64,000 nt of DNA from an uncultured Clostridia bacterium (GTDB lineage: Bacteria > Bacillota > Clostridia > Oscillospirales > CAG-382). The notes under the pieces were generated by a model. It was not told the origin of the DNA and ran no database searches. It was given only the letters and a program-made list of their open reading frames with translations. The stretch lies in assembly GCA_947630765.1 (NCBI GenBank), contig CANRIX010000009.1, positions 10,214 to 74,213 on the forward strand. Direction: 5' to 3'. Every line of letters begins with the position of its first letter. Within the stretch, counting starts at the first letter, position 1. The position numbers and the translations under genes were made by a program. This document shows, piece after piece, positions 55,345-64,000 of the stretch.

Positions 55345-57207
55345 ATGGCGAAGGAGAAGGCGGCGACCCGCGAAAAGTCTGCCGGACTTCGTTCCCGCAG
55401 GGGACGGGCTTCGGGCAGTCTGCTTTTGTCGCGCACCCGTCGGGCGTCCATTCGCTGCGTCGATTGGTTCCGCAACGGACCCGCTTCCCGGCTTTTCTGT
55501 TCCGCCGACCGGGTGGACGAAGCGTCCCGCACGGGGTTCGTCGCGCGGCTGTCGCGCACGGTGGGGTTCCGCGAGACGGTTTCCGGCCCGCTGCGCACGG
55601 AGATCGCGTCCGGCGCCTGCGAGAGCCGGCTGTTCGCGCTCGCGGGGCGGCTTCGCCGTGCGTTCCTACATACGCGTGTGCGCTTTTTCGGCATCGCCGG
55701 GATCGTGTTTGCGCTGTACACGGTCGGGGTCTTTCTCGCCAAGCGCTTCCTGCTGCCGGGCATCGGACAGCCGGACGCGCTGGCGCTCTGCACGGCGGCG
55801 CTGACGCTCGTCGCGTCGGTCCCGCTGCTGTTTTTCGGGAAACCCATCAACGTTTCCTGCGCGGAAAGCCTGTTTTTCCGCCGGTTCTTCATCGAATCCC
55901 TCGGCTTTGACCCGGAAGGGCTGCGGCAGGGGGAGGACCGCGTGACGGCCCGCGGCGGGATCGCGTTCGTGGCGGGGACGCTCGCGGGGCTTGCGACGGT
56001 GTGGTTCGCGCCGCACCGGGTGCTGCTGTTCCTGGCTGCGACGCTGTTTTGCTTCTGCGTGCCGGCGACGCCGGAATGCGGACTGCTCGCGGCGGTGTTC
56101 CTGCTGCCGTTCGCGCCGCTGCGCTGGACGGGCTGTCTGACGCTTTTGACGGTATTCGGGTATCTGCAGAAGTATTTCCGGCTCAAGCGGGCGTTCCGCG
56201 TCCGCCTGCCCGAGGTCCTGCTGCTGCTTCTGCTCGCGGCATGCGGGCTTTCGGCGGTGACGGCGGGGGATGGATATGCGTTCGTTCGGATGCTGCTGTT
56301 CGCCTGCATTTGGGTGCTCGCGGTCTGCATGCTGACGACGGAAACGCTCGGTCGCGCCTTTCACGCGGTGCTGGTGTACGGCGGGGTCGTAACGCTCGCG
56401 CTGTCCGCGCTGCGAATGGGCTGGTCGTACGTCGGCGGACCGCTTTCGGAGATGTTCCCGGGGTGGAACTTCGGGCTTCCGGCGGCGGTTTATCGACTCG
56501 GCTTGTCCGGGACGGTGCTGGGCTGCTACCTCGCGGTGCTGCTGCCGGTGGTGCTCGCCCGGGGGCGGTGCCGGAGCGGGGCGGTCGCGCTGCTGCTCAT
56601 CGCGGTGGACGCGGTGCTGCTGCGTTCCGCGTGGACGGTGCTCGGGCTGCTGCTCGCGGTGCTGCTGTACGCCGTGTTCGCGCACGGTGCGCCGGTGGGC
56701 GCGGCGCTGACCGGGTGCGTCTCTTTGCCGGCGGCGGTCCTGCTGCTGGGCGACCGGCTGGGGCCTATCTTGTCCGGCTTTTCCCCGGCGGCGGGGGCTT
56801 TGATGAAAAAATACTTCCTGACCGGCGTCGGCGCCGGGGACGGTGCGCTCGCGGCGGCCGCGCTCGCGAACGGGATCTTCCCGGACGGGTTCGCCGCCGG
56901 GTTGTACACGCGATTGCTTCTGGACGGCGGCGCGGCGACGCTGCTGCTGTTCTTCGGCTGCGCGTTCTGCGCCCTGCAAAGGCTGTTCACCTGCATGCGG
57001 CGGGAGAATGACCGCGAAAGGACGATGCGCTTCGGCGGGGTCGCCGCTTCGGTGCCGGTGTTCCTGCTTACGGCGTGGGCGGTGAACGTCTGGGCGGATC
57101 TGCGGCTGCTCGGGGTCTTTTGGTGCCTGTGCGCGATGTCGTCGCTGACCGGGAACCTTTACGGATACGGATGCGAAAGAGAGGCGGGAGAAACGCAATG
57201 GATCTGA
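55345..57207 (+). CDS. Polytopic membrane protein, tentatively O-antigen ligase/Wzy-like
   Basis: 620 aa with a basic N-terminal cytoplasmic region and more than 10 hydrophobic segments. The family call rests on architecture only. Confidence 0.5.
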   Translation: MAKEKAATREKSAGLRSRRGRASGSLLLSRTRRASIRCVDWFRNGPASRLFCSADRVDEASRTGFVARLSRTVGFRETVSGPLRTEIASGACESRLFALAGRLRRAFLHTRVRFFGIAGIVFALYTVGVFLAKRFLLPGIGQPDALALCTAALTLVASVPLLFFGKPINVSCAESLFFRRFFIESLGFDPEGLRQGEDRVTARGGIAFVAGTLAGLATVWFAPHRVLLFLAATLFCFCVPATPECGLLAAVFLLPFAPLRWTGCLTLLTVFGYLQKYFRLKRAFRVRLPEVLLLLLLAACGLSAVTAGDGYAFVRMLLFACIWVLAVCMLTTETLGRAFHAVLVYGGVVTLALSALRMGWSYVGGPLSEMFPGWNFGLPAAVYRLGLSGTVLGCYLAVLLPVVLARGRCRSGAVALLLIAVDAVLLRSAWTVLGLLLAVLLYAVFAHGAPVGAALTGCVSLPAAVLLLGDRLGPILSGFSPAAGALMKKYFLTGVGAGDGALAAAALANGIFPDGFAAGLYTRLLLDGGAATLLLFFGCAFCALQRLFTCMRRENDRERTMRFGGVAASVPVFLLTAWAVNVWADLRLLGVFWCLCAMSSLTGNLYGYGCEREAGETQWI

Positions 57208-57713
57208 ATCGGAAAACCGAACGGAAGAAGCGGCGCTTCCCGCTGTTTGACGTCGCTTTGCTGCTGCTGCTCGCGCTGACGGTCGCGGCGGGGGTGTACT
57301 GGGTCATGCATCGCGGGGAGACCCCGACGGCGGAGCTGGTCTGCACGGTGCGCTTCTCCGGCGTGGATAACGCGTACAGCGGAACCTTCGCCGAAGGCGA
57401 GACGCTTTACGCGTCGTTCGGCGCGGCGCTCGGCGAAGTGCGTGCGGTGGCGGTTTCCCGCGCGATGGAGGCGTACTTCGACGCGCAGGACGCGGAGCCG
57501 GACGCGGCGGGGCTTTACGCCTATACATACGCCCGCTCGGACCAAAAGAGCGACGTCCTGCTGACCGTGCACATCACGGCGGAAATGCGGGACGGCGGGT
57601 ACTTCGTCGGGGACGACCGCATCGCGTCCGGCGTCCTTCTGGACGCGATGGTGCCGGGGTACCGCGGGCAGGCGTTGATCCTGACGCTGACACGGGAGGA
57701 GGAGCAGTCATGA
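57198..57713 (+). CDS. DUF4330-like membrane-anchored protein
   Basis: ATG at 57198. RRFPLFDVALLLLLALTV anchor followed by a beta-rich domain. Confidence 0.55.
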   Translation: MDLNRKTERKKRRFPLFDVALLLLLALTVAAGVYWVMHRGETPTAELVCTVRFSGVDNAYSGTFAEGETLYASFGAALGEVRAVAVSRAMEAYFDAQDAEPDAAGLYAYTYARSDQKSDVLLTVHITAEMRDGGYFVGDDRIASGVLLDAMVPGYRGQALILTLTREEEQS

Positions 57714-58195
57714 GCGACGAAAAGGCAAAGCGGGAGCGCCGGATCAACGGGCTGGATATCCTGCTTCTGGTGCTGCTCCTCGCGGTGCTTGCCGCGCTGC
57801 TCGGTCGGACGTGGGTCCGCTCCCTGTTCAAGGAGGAAGGGTCCGCCATCGTGACCTACAGCTTTTCGGTCGTGGGCGTGGAGGAGCAGACCGCCGCGTA
57901 TCTGCGCGAGGGCGCGACGCTGTACGCGTCGGACGGGTCCGCCATGGGCGAACTGCTCACCTGCGTGGCCGGCGACGCGACCGACGAACAGGAACTGCCG
58001 GACGGCCGCACGGTTCGGGTGCGCAACGGTCTGTACACGGTAAACGGCACCGCCACGGCGACCGGGTACGAAACGAACGGCTTTGTCCGGCTCAACGGCG
58101 GGACGCTGCTCGTGCCGGGGGAGACGGTGTACCTTTCGACCGCGGACGCCTTTTTCGCCGCGGAAATCACGAGTGTGCGCGTTTCGGAACCGTAA
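57710..58195 (+). CDS. DUF4330-like membrane-anchored protein (paralogue of the preceding gene)
   Basis: RRINGLDILLLVLLLAVL anchor; same size and layout; 4-nt overlap with the preceding gene. Confidence 0.55.
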   Translation: MSDEKAKRERRINGLDILLLVLLLAVLAALLGRTWVRSLFKEEGSAIVTYSFSVVGVEEQTAAYLREGATLYASDGSAMGELLTCVAGDATDEQELPDGRTVRVRNGLYTVNGTATATGYETNGFVRLNGGTLLVPGETVYLSTADAFFAAEITSVRVSEP

Positions 58196-58265
58196 AACCG
58201 TCCCGCATCGTCGGAAATCACCAAAAAACAAGGGAATCGGCACTGTTTTTTCTGGTTTGGCGCTA

Positions 58266-58294
58266 TTGATTTTTTCGCGCGGATTTGCTATACT
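58266..58294 (+). promoter_or_regulatory. Putative sigma-A promoter of ptsH
   Basis: TTGATT (58266-58271), a 17-nt spacer, then TATACT (58289-58294). Confidence 0.5.
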
Positions 58295-58326
58295 ATCTAT
58301 AATCAATTCTCAGGGGAGTTTGTGTC

Positions 58327-58587
58327 ATGACGAGGAAAGATGTAACCATTCGGAATGAGAAGGGACTTCATGCGCGTCCTGCGACATTCTTTATCCAGAA
58401 GGCGAATTCCTACCGCAGTTCCATTTGGGTGGAAAACAGCGACCGCACGGCGAACGCGAAAAGTCTGCTCGGCGTGCTTTCCCTGGCTGTCTCCAAGGGT
58501 GACGTGGTCACGCTGATCGCGGACGGCGCCGACGAGGAGCAGGCGATCGCGGGGCTTTCGGAGCTGATCGAGGGTTTCGAGGACTGA
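58327..58587 (+). CDS. ptsH: Phosphocarrier protein HPr
   Basis: GLHARPA (His15 site) and NAKSLLGVLSL (Ser46 site). Confidence 0.9.
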   Translation: MTRKDVTIRNEKGLHARPATFFIQKANSYRSSIWVENSDRTANAKSLLGVLSLAVSKGDVVTLIADGADEEQAIAGLSELIEGFED

Positions 58588-58706
58588 AAGACGCGCATTT
58601 CTTCGAGCGCCAACGGGTCCGCCCGCCAATCGAAAGGAACCTGTGAAGGGTGAAATCCGTTCGGACTGCCGGGCGGATTTTTGTCATGAAAGGGGAAAAT
58701 GGACGG

Positions 58707-60536
58707 ATGAACCGCGAGGAACTGCTTGAAAAAGCGAAACTGCTCCCGCTCACGCCGGGGGTGTACCTGATGCGCAACCGGGCGGGGACGGTCATCTACG
58801 TCGGCAAATCGAAGGCTTTGCGCAACCGGGTATCCAGTTACTTTTCCCCCTCCGTGCCGCACTACGGGAAAACCGAAAAGATGATCCGCTCGGTCTACGA
58901 CTTTGAGGTGTACCACACGGCGACCGAGCTCGAGGCGCTCCTGCAGGAGAACGCCTTCATCAAGCAGTTCCAACCGCACTACAACATCAAGCTCAAGGAC
59001 AGCGTGGTCTACCCGTATATCCGCCTGTCCGCCGGGGAATACCCCGCCCTTTCGGTCGTCTACACCCGTTCCAAGGAGGAAGGCAGCGAAAAGGATCGGT
59101 ATTTCGGCCCGTTTTCCTCCTCGCACGTCGCCTACGAGATCGTCTCGGCCGCGTCGCGGGCGTTCGGGCTGCCGACCTGCCGGAAATCCTTCCCGAAGGA
59201 CATCGGGAAGGGTCGCCCGTGTTTGAATTACCACATCGGGCAATGCTGCGGGCTTTGCATTCGCGGGGAAGTCAGCCCCGAGGAGTACCGCGAGCGGGTC
59301 GCCGGCGCGGTGCAGCTGCTGCGCGGGGAATACGGCGGGCTGCTGCGGAGCCTGCAGGAGCAGATGGAGCAGGCGAGCGAAAACCAGCAGTACGAGCGGG
59401 CCGCCCGGTACCGCGACTGCATGCGGGCGGTGAAGAAGCTCGGCGACAAGCAGCAGATCGTGGCGGAGCCGGACGTCGAAGCGGACATCGTGGGGACGTA
59501 TCAGGACGATTTGGGCAGTGCGGTGGCGCTGCTGTTCGTGCGGGGCGGTGCGATCACCGACCGGGACTGCTTCTTTTTCGGGGCGGACGAGATCCTCGGT
59601 CCCGCCGCACTGGAGGGACTGCTGCAGCGGTTTTACGAGCTGCGCGGGTTCGTCCCGCGCAGGATCTGCCTGTCGATGGAGCTGCCGGAGGAGGAGAGCG
59701 CCCTGCTGACCGGCTGGCTGTCCGAACGGGCGGGCGGGAAGGTGCAGCTGTACCGTCCGCAGCGCGGGGAATTTCGTGCGCTGACCGATCGCGCCGACGA
59801 GAACGCCAAACAGCTTCTGCTGCACAAGCGGGCCGAGGAGGAGAAGCAGGGCGGGTTCCTGCTGTCCTTCGCGCAGTTCCTGCGGCTGGAAGTCCTGCCG
59901 GACCGCATCGAGTCCTACGATATTTCCAACAGCGGCGGGGAGCACACCTCCTGCGGCATGATCGTGCTGGAGCACGGGCGGTTCGCCAAGCGGCTCTACC
60001 GCTCGTTCAATATGCGCGAGGTGGAGGGGCAGAACGACGTCGCCTCGCTGACCGAGGCGCTGAAACGTCGGTTCGGGCACGACGGCGCGGAAGCTGGCTG
60101 GGAATACCCGGACCTGATCCTGATGGACGGCGGGGCGGCGCAGGTGCACGCGGCGCAGGCGGTCCTCGCGGAACGGGGATTGCAGATCCCGGTGTTCGGC
60201 ATGGTCAAGGACGAGCACCACAAGACCCGCACGCTGACCGACGGGGAAAACGAGCTGTCGCTCAACCGCCGGCAGGACGTGTTCGTTTTCCTCTACAAGA
60301 TTCAGGAGGAAGTGCACCGCTATTCGCTTTCCCGCATGGACGCGAAGCGGCGAAAGACGGTCAAGCAGTCCAGCCTGACCGCGATCAAGGGGATCGGGGA
60401 AGCGAAGGCGCAGGCGCTGCTCGTGCATTTCGGCACGTTTGAAAAGCTCAAGCAGGCGACGGAGGAGGAAATCCGGGCGGTCAAGGGCGTCAACGCCGAG
60501 GTGGCGCACAGCGTTTACCTGCATTTCCACGAATGA
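58707..60536 (+). CDS. uvrC: Excinuclease ABC subunit C
   Basis: The GIY-YIG N-terminus is PGVYLMRNRAGTVIYVGKSKALRNRV. It is followed by a UVR domain, an Endo V-like domain and a C-terminal (HhH)2. ATG at 58707. Confidence 0.95.
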   Translation: MNREELLEKAKLLPLTPGVYLMRNRAGTVIYVGKSKALRNRVSSYFSPSVPHYGKTEKMIRSVYDFEVYHTATELEALLQENAFIKQFQPHYNIKLKDSVVYPYIRLSAGEYPALSVVYTRSKEEGSEKDRYFGPFSSSHVAYEIVSAASRAFGLPTCRKSFPKDIGKGRPCLNYHIGQCCGLCIRGEVSPEEYRERVAGAVQLLRGEYGGLLRSLQEQMEQASENQQYERAARYRDCMRAVKKLGDKQQIVAEPDVEADIVGTYQDDLGSAVALLFVRGGAITDRDCFFFGADEILGPAALEGLLQRFYELRGFVPRRICLSMELPEEESALLTGWLSERAGGKVQLYRPQRGEFRALTDRADENAKQLLLHKRAEEEKQGGFLLSFAQFLRLEVLPDRIESYDISNSGGEHTSCGMIVLEHGRFAKRLYRSFNMREVEGQNDVASLTEALKRRFGHDGAEAGWEYPDLILMDGGAAQVHAAQAVLAERGLQIPVFGMVKDEHHKTRTLTDGENELSLNRRQDVFVFLYKIQEEVHRYSLSRMDAKRRKTVKQSSLTAIKGIGEAKAQALLVHFGTFEKLKQATEEEIRAVKGVNAEVAHSVYLHFHE

Positions 60537-60551
60537 AAAGGAGGGTGTAAG

Positions 60552-61106
60552 ATGCGCATTATCACGGGCAAGGCACGCGGACGGAAGCTGCGTGCGCCGG
60601 AAGGGACGGACACCCGCCCCACGACGGAAGCCGCCAAGGAGGGGATGTTCTCGGCGGTGCAGTTCGACCTGCACGACCGCAGGGTGCTGGACCTGTTCGG
60701 CGGGACCGGGCAGCTTGCGCTCGAGGCGCTATCCCGCGGGGCGGCGACGGCGGTCATCTGCGACGAATCCCGCGAAGCCGTCGCGCTGATCAAGGAGAAT
60801 GCCCAGTCCACCGGGCTGATGCCTCATTGCCGCATTCTGCAGGAGGACTGGAAGGCGTTCGTGCGGAGCGAAAAGGGGCGGGAGACGTTCGATCTGGTGC
60901 TTTTGGACCCGCCGTATCAGCCGGGCGTGTTGGACGAGGTACTGGACGCGCTGGAAAACGCGGGACTGCTCGCGGCGGACGCGATCCTGATCTGCGAAAG
61001 CGACGCGGACGGCGTGCCGCTGCCCCGCGCAGGGTACCGCCAGAAACTGCACCGCTACGGCAAGACCCACGTTTCCATCTACCGAAAGGGGGCGGAGGAA
61101 CCGTGA
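60552..61106 (+). CDS. rsmD: 16S rRNA (guanine966-N2)-methyltransferase
   Basis: MRIITGKARGRKL...RPTTEAAKEGMF...LDLFGGTGQLALEALSRGA...LLDPPY. Confidence 0.85.
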   Translation: MRIITGKARGRKLRAPEGTDTRPTTEAAKEGMFSAVQFDLHDRRVLDLFGGTGQLALEALSRGAATAVICDESREAVALIKENAQSTGLMPHCRILQEDWKAFVRSEKGRETFDLVLLDPPYQPGVLDEVLDALENAGLLAADAILICESDADGVPLPRAGYRQKLHRYGKTHVSIYRKGAEEP

Positions 61107-61594
61107 GGACCGCCGTTCTGACCGGGATGTTCGACCCGTTCACACGCGGACACGAGGACCTCGTCCGCCGTGCGCTTTCGCTGTTCGGTCGCGTGGTCGT
61201 GCTGGTCAGCCGGAACGCGAAGAAACGCGCACTGCTGCCGGTGGAGGTCCGTTTGGAGGCCATTCGCGCCTGCTTTCCGGCAGAGGAGGTCTCGGTCGTC
61301 CCGCTGGAGGGGCTGTTAGCGGACTTCGTGCGGCGGTACGAGTCGCCGGTGCTGGTGCGCGGGGCGCGGAACGGCGTGGATTTCGATTACGAAACGCAGC
61401 TTTGCGCCATCAACCGGCAGCTCGGCGGGATCGACACGGTCGTCTTGCCCGCGTCCGGGGAATTTTCGCACATCAGTTCGACCTTTGCGCGGGAGCTGAT
61501 CCGCTATGGAAAACCGCTGGAGGGCGCACTGCCCGCGCCGGCGGCGGAGGTCGTCGGGAGGTATCTGCATGGGCATTCGGATCCGTCGCTGTGA
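61103..61594 (+). CDS. coaD: Phosphopantetheine adenylyltransferase
   Basis: GTG start overlapping the rsmD stop. AVLTGMFDPFTRGHEDLV...ISSTFAREL. Confidence 0.9.
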   Translation: MRTAVLTGMFDPFTRGHEDLVRRALSLFGRVVVLVSRNAKKRALLPVEVRLEAIRACFPAEEVSVVPLEGLLADFVRRYESPVLVRGARNGVDFDYETQLCAINRQLGGIDTVVLPASGEFSHISSTFARELIRYGKPLEGALPAPAAEVVGRYLHGHSDPSL

Positions 61595-62864
61595 TTTGGA
61601 GTTCGTCCGCGAGCCGCTTCGCGCGCCGTTCGGCTTCAAGGGAAGGAGCCTGACCGAGCTTTGGCAGACGGTCGCGAAGCTGGAAAGCGAGACGCATACC
61701 GCCGTCGCCCCCTGCGTGGAAAGCGTGCTGTGGTCGGACGCACGGGTGTTCGGCGAAAACCCGCCCGCCGTCTCCTCGGCGATGATGCTGCTGGTGACCA
61801 ACCGCGCCCTGCGCATGCTGGAAGGGACGTCCTTTGAAAATCCGCCGGAGGTCATCGACGGGCTGCTGCCGGAGCTGAAACGGTACGCGGAGCAGGTCTG
61901 CGGGCGGCCGGTCGCGACGACGTTTTTGCTCAACGCGCTGGTCGGCGTGGACTGTGCCCTCTGGACGCTGTACGCGCTCGAACACGGGGTCACCTCCTTC
62001 GACGGGCTGATCCCCGCATCGGCGAAAAAAGCGCTTTCCTGCCGCCACGAATCCCTCGCGCAGATCCCGCTGGTGTCCTACGCGGTGCCGGAACCCGAGA
62101 TCCGTTCGCTGCTCGACAGCGGCATTTCCCTGCTGAAGATCAAGATCGGCAAGGCGGTCGCCGGCGTTTCGACGCGGGAGGAGGATATGCGGGAGATGCT
62201 CGCGTGGGATATCGCCCGCCTGAAGCAGATCCACGAGCTCGCCTCGCGCTACGAAACGCCGTATACCCGTTCCGGTCATGTGCTTTACTACCTCGACGCG
62301 AACGGGCGGTACGACAGCCTTTCGCGCGTGGAAGCGCTGCTCGACGCCGCCGACCGCATGGGCGCGCTGGACCGCATCGCCCTGCTCGAGGAGCCGTTCG
62401 ACCCGGAAAACAAGGTCTTTGTCGGCGATCTGCCGGTTTGCGTCAACGCGGACGAATCGGCGCACGCGCTCGAGGACGTGCGGGAGCGGCTGGCGCTCGG
62501 GTACCGCGCGGTGGCGCTCAAGCCCATCGCAAAGACGGTTTCCGTCTCCTTCCGCATGGCGGAGGCGATCTGCGAAGCCGGCGGGCAGTGCCTGTGCGCC
62601 GATCTGACGGTCAACCCGTACCTCGCGGAGTGGAACAAGCAGTTCGCCGCCCGGCTTCCCGCGCTTGCGGGCATGAAGGTCGGGTGCGTCGAGATCAACG
62701 GCGACCAGAACTACACCCATTGGGCGGAGCTGCAAAAACTCCTGCCGGACGGACTGGAGCCGGCTCCGCTGCAAAACGGGGTCTTCCCGCTGGACGAATC
62801 CTTCTACCGGCAGGGGGAAAAGCTGTTCGCGCCGAACGGATATGCACGGTATTTTGCCAAATAA
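61569..62864 (+). CDS. Enolase-superfamily (mandelate racemase/muconate lactonizing enzyme-like) protein
   Basis: ATG at 61569 after GGGAGG. LLKIKIGK, YLDANGRY, LLEEPF and NADES fit the K/D/E/D ligand layout. Confidence 0.65.
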   Translation: MGIRIRRCDLEFVREPLRAPFGFKGRSLTELWQTVAKLESETHTAVAPCVESVLWSDARVFGENPPAVSSAMMLLVTNRALRMLEGTSFENPPEVIDGLLPELKRYAEQVCGRPVATTFLLNALVGVDCALWTLYALEHGVTSFDGLIPASAKKALSCRHESLAQIPLVSYAVPEPEIRSLLDSGISLLKIKIGKAVAGVSTREEDMREMLAWDIARLKQIHELASRYETPYTRSGHVLYYLDANGRYDSLSRVEALLDAADRMGALDRIALLEEPFDPENKVFVGDLPVCVNADESAHALEDVRERLALGYRAVALKPIAKTVSVSFRMAEAICEAGGQCLCADLTVNPYLAEWNKQFAARLPALAGMKVGCVEINGDQNYTHWAELQKLLPDGLEPAPLQNGVFPLDESFYRQGEKLFAPNGYARYFAK

Positions 62865-62882
62865 GGGAAAGGACTGTTGAAC

Positions 62883-63872
62883 ATGGAAAAAATCGTATTG
62901 CTGATGGACCCCGGCACGCGGAACATGGTCATCGACCAAAAGACCGTCGACCGCCTGCGCCGGGTCGGGGAGGTCGTGCTGAACGAGGGCGGGACGTCCG
63001 CCGAGGAGGTCAAGCCGCTGCTCGCGGGCGCGACCGTCTGCGTCACGTCGTGGGGCAATAAGCCGCTGGACGCGGACCTGCTTGCGGTCTGCCCGGACCT
63101 GAAACTGCTCGTCCACGCGGCGGGGAGCGTCAAGCCGGTCGTGTCCGACGCGCTTTGGGAGAAGGGCGTGCGCGTTTCGTCGAGTGCGCCGATGCTTTCG
63201 ATGGGGGTTTCGGAAACGGCGCTCGGCTTCACCATCGCCGCCTCCAAGAATTTCTTCAACCTCAACGCCAACCTGCACGCGGGCGGCTGGGCGGAAGGCA
63301 AGGAGGACATCCGCGAACTGTACGACCTGACCGTCGGCGTCATCAGCGGCGGCTGGGCGGGTCGGCACTACATCGAACTGCTGCGCCCGTTCGACGTGGA
63401 CGTGCTTCTGTACGACCCGTTCGTTTCGTCGGAGAGGGCGGCGGAATGGGGCGCCCGCAAGGCGGACTTCGAGGAGGTCCTGCGGCAGTCGGACATCATT
63501 TCCATTCACGCCCCGTCCATCCCGGAAACCTACCATATGTTCGACGCGGAAACGCTCGCGCTGATGAAAAAGGACGCGGTGCTGATCAACACCGCACGCG
63601 GCTCGGTCATCGACGAAGCGGCGCTGTACGCGCACATGAAGGCGGGCAACCTGAAATACGCCTGCCTCGACGTGTACGACCCGGAACCGCCTGCCGCGGA
63701 CAACCCGCTGCGCAGTCTGCCGAACGTCATCATGACCCCGCACCTCGCAGGACTTGCGAACAACGGGCTGAAGAAGATCGGGCGGCACGTTTGCGAGGAA
63801 CTGGAGCGCTTCCTTGCCGGACAGCCGCTGTTCGCGGAAGTCACGAAGGATATGCTCGCCAAAATGGCGTAA
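62883..63872 (+). CDS. D-isomer-specific 2-hydroxyacid dehydrogenase family protein
   Basis: VGVISGGWAGR NAD motif, LINTARGSVIDEAAL, DVYDPEP, TPHLAG. Confidence 0.85.
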   Translation: MEKIVLLMDPGTRNMVIDQKTVDRLRRVGEVVLNEGGTSAEEVKPLLAGATVCVTSWGNKPLDADLLAVCPDLKLLVHAAGSVKPVVSDALWEKGVRVSSSAPMLSMGVSETALGFTIAASKNFFNLNANLHAGGWAEGKEDIRELYDLTVGVISGGWAGRHYIELLRPFDVDVLLYDPFVSSERAAEWGARKADFEEVLRQSDIISIHAPSIPETYHMFDAETLALMKKDAVLINTARGSVIDEAALYAHMKAGNLKYACLDVYDPEPPAADNPLRSLPNVIMTPHLAGLANNGLKKIGRHVCEELERFLAGQPLFAEVTKDMLAKMA

Positions 63873-63893
63873 AAAAATCGAAATAACTACGAA

Positions 63894-63930
63894 AAAGAGA
63901 CGGTTTTGCGCAAAACCGTCTCTTTTCTTG
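63894..63930. terminator. Intrinsic terminator, probably bidirectional
   Basis: AAAGAGACGGTTTT / AAAACCGTCTCTTT stem followed by TCTTG. Confidence 0.7.
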
Positions 63931-63941
63931 CTTTGCGAAAG

Positions 63942-64000
63942 CTACTTAGCGAGCGTCAGCAGCGGAAGCCGCACCAGCTTTCCCGAAAATCCGAAAGCCG
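63942..64000 (-). CDS. 3' end of an unidentified convergent gene (partial)
   Basis: The minus-strand frame ends ...LTLAK* with the stop at 63944-63942. Too short to name. Confidence 0.3.
   Translation of the reverse strand, partial: AFGFSGKLVRLPLLTLAK

Noticed and set aside
1-64000. CRISPR arrays, rRNA genes, transposase/IS elements, toxin-antitoxin pairs
   Set aside because: I saw no regularly spaced direct repeats with unique spacers, no rRNA-like sequence, and no DDE or IS-type transposase ORF. The only recombinase is the serine recombinase at 36491.

Overview
The window is from a high-GC, spore-forming Clostridia-type chromosome, judged from spoVT, ruvABC, ECF transporter genes and the ylxM-ffh-rpsP-khpA-rimM-trmD block. 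Coding density is high. Most long antisense ORFs in the six-frame track look like GC-driven artefacts. The core genome is interrupted at about 25.7-38.2 kb by an AT-rich insertion of about 12.5 kb, lying between two convergent host genes. A large serine recombinase gene sits at its right edge, and imperfect inverted 15-mers mark both composition breaks. The island carries a co-oriented minus-strand block:
- an HTH-AAA-ATPase-PD-(D/E)xK protein;
- two methyltransferase-fold genes;
- the C-terminal remnant of an SF2 helicase/restriction-like protein;
- a roughly 1100-aa protein with an N-terminal nuclease-like domain and a C-terminal SF1 helicase.

I read this block as a candidate, partly decayed, anti-phage defence cassette. 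It is the main thing worth following up. Several island genes carry frame disruptions, mostly at A/T homopolymers, so real decay versus assembly error must be resolved first. Outside the island, three observations stand out: a P-type ATPase homologue that has lost its catalytic motifs, a ClpC-like ATPase with a zinc-ribbon N-terminus, and a consensus promoter that overlaps an intrinsic terminator. I found no rRNA, intact tRNA or CRISPR array. All family names come from motif recognition by eye and memory; no database search was run.
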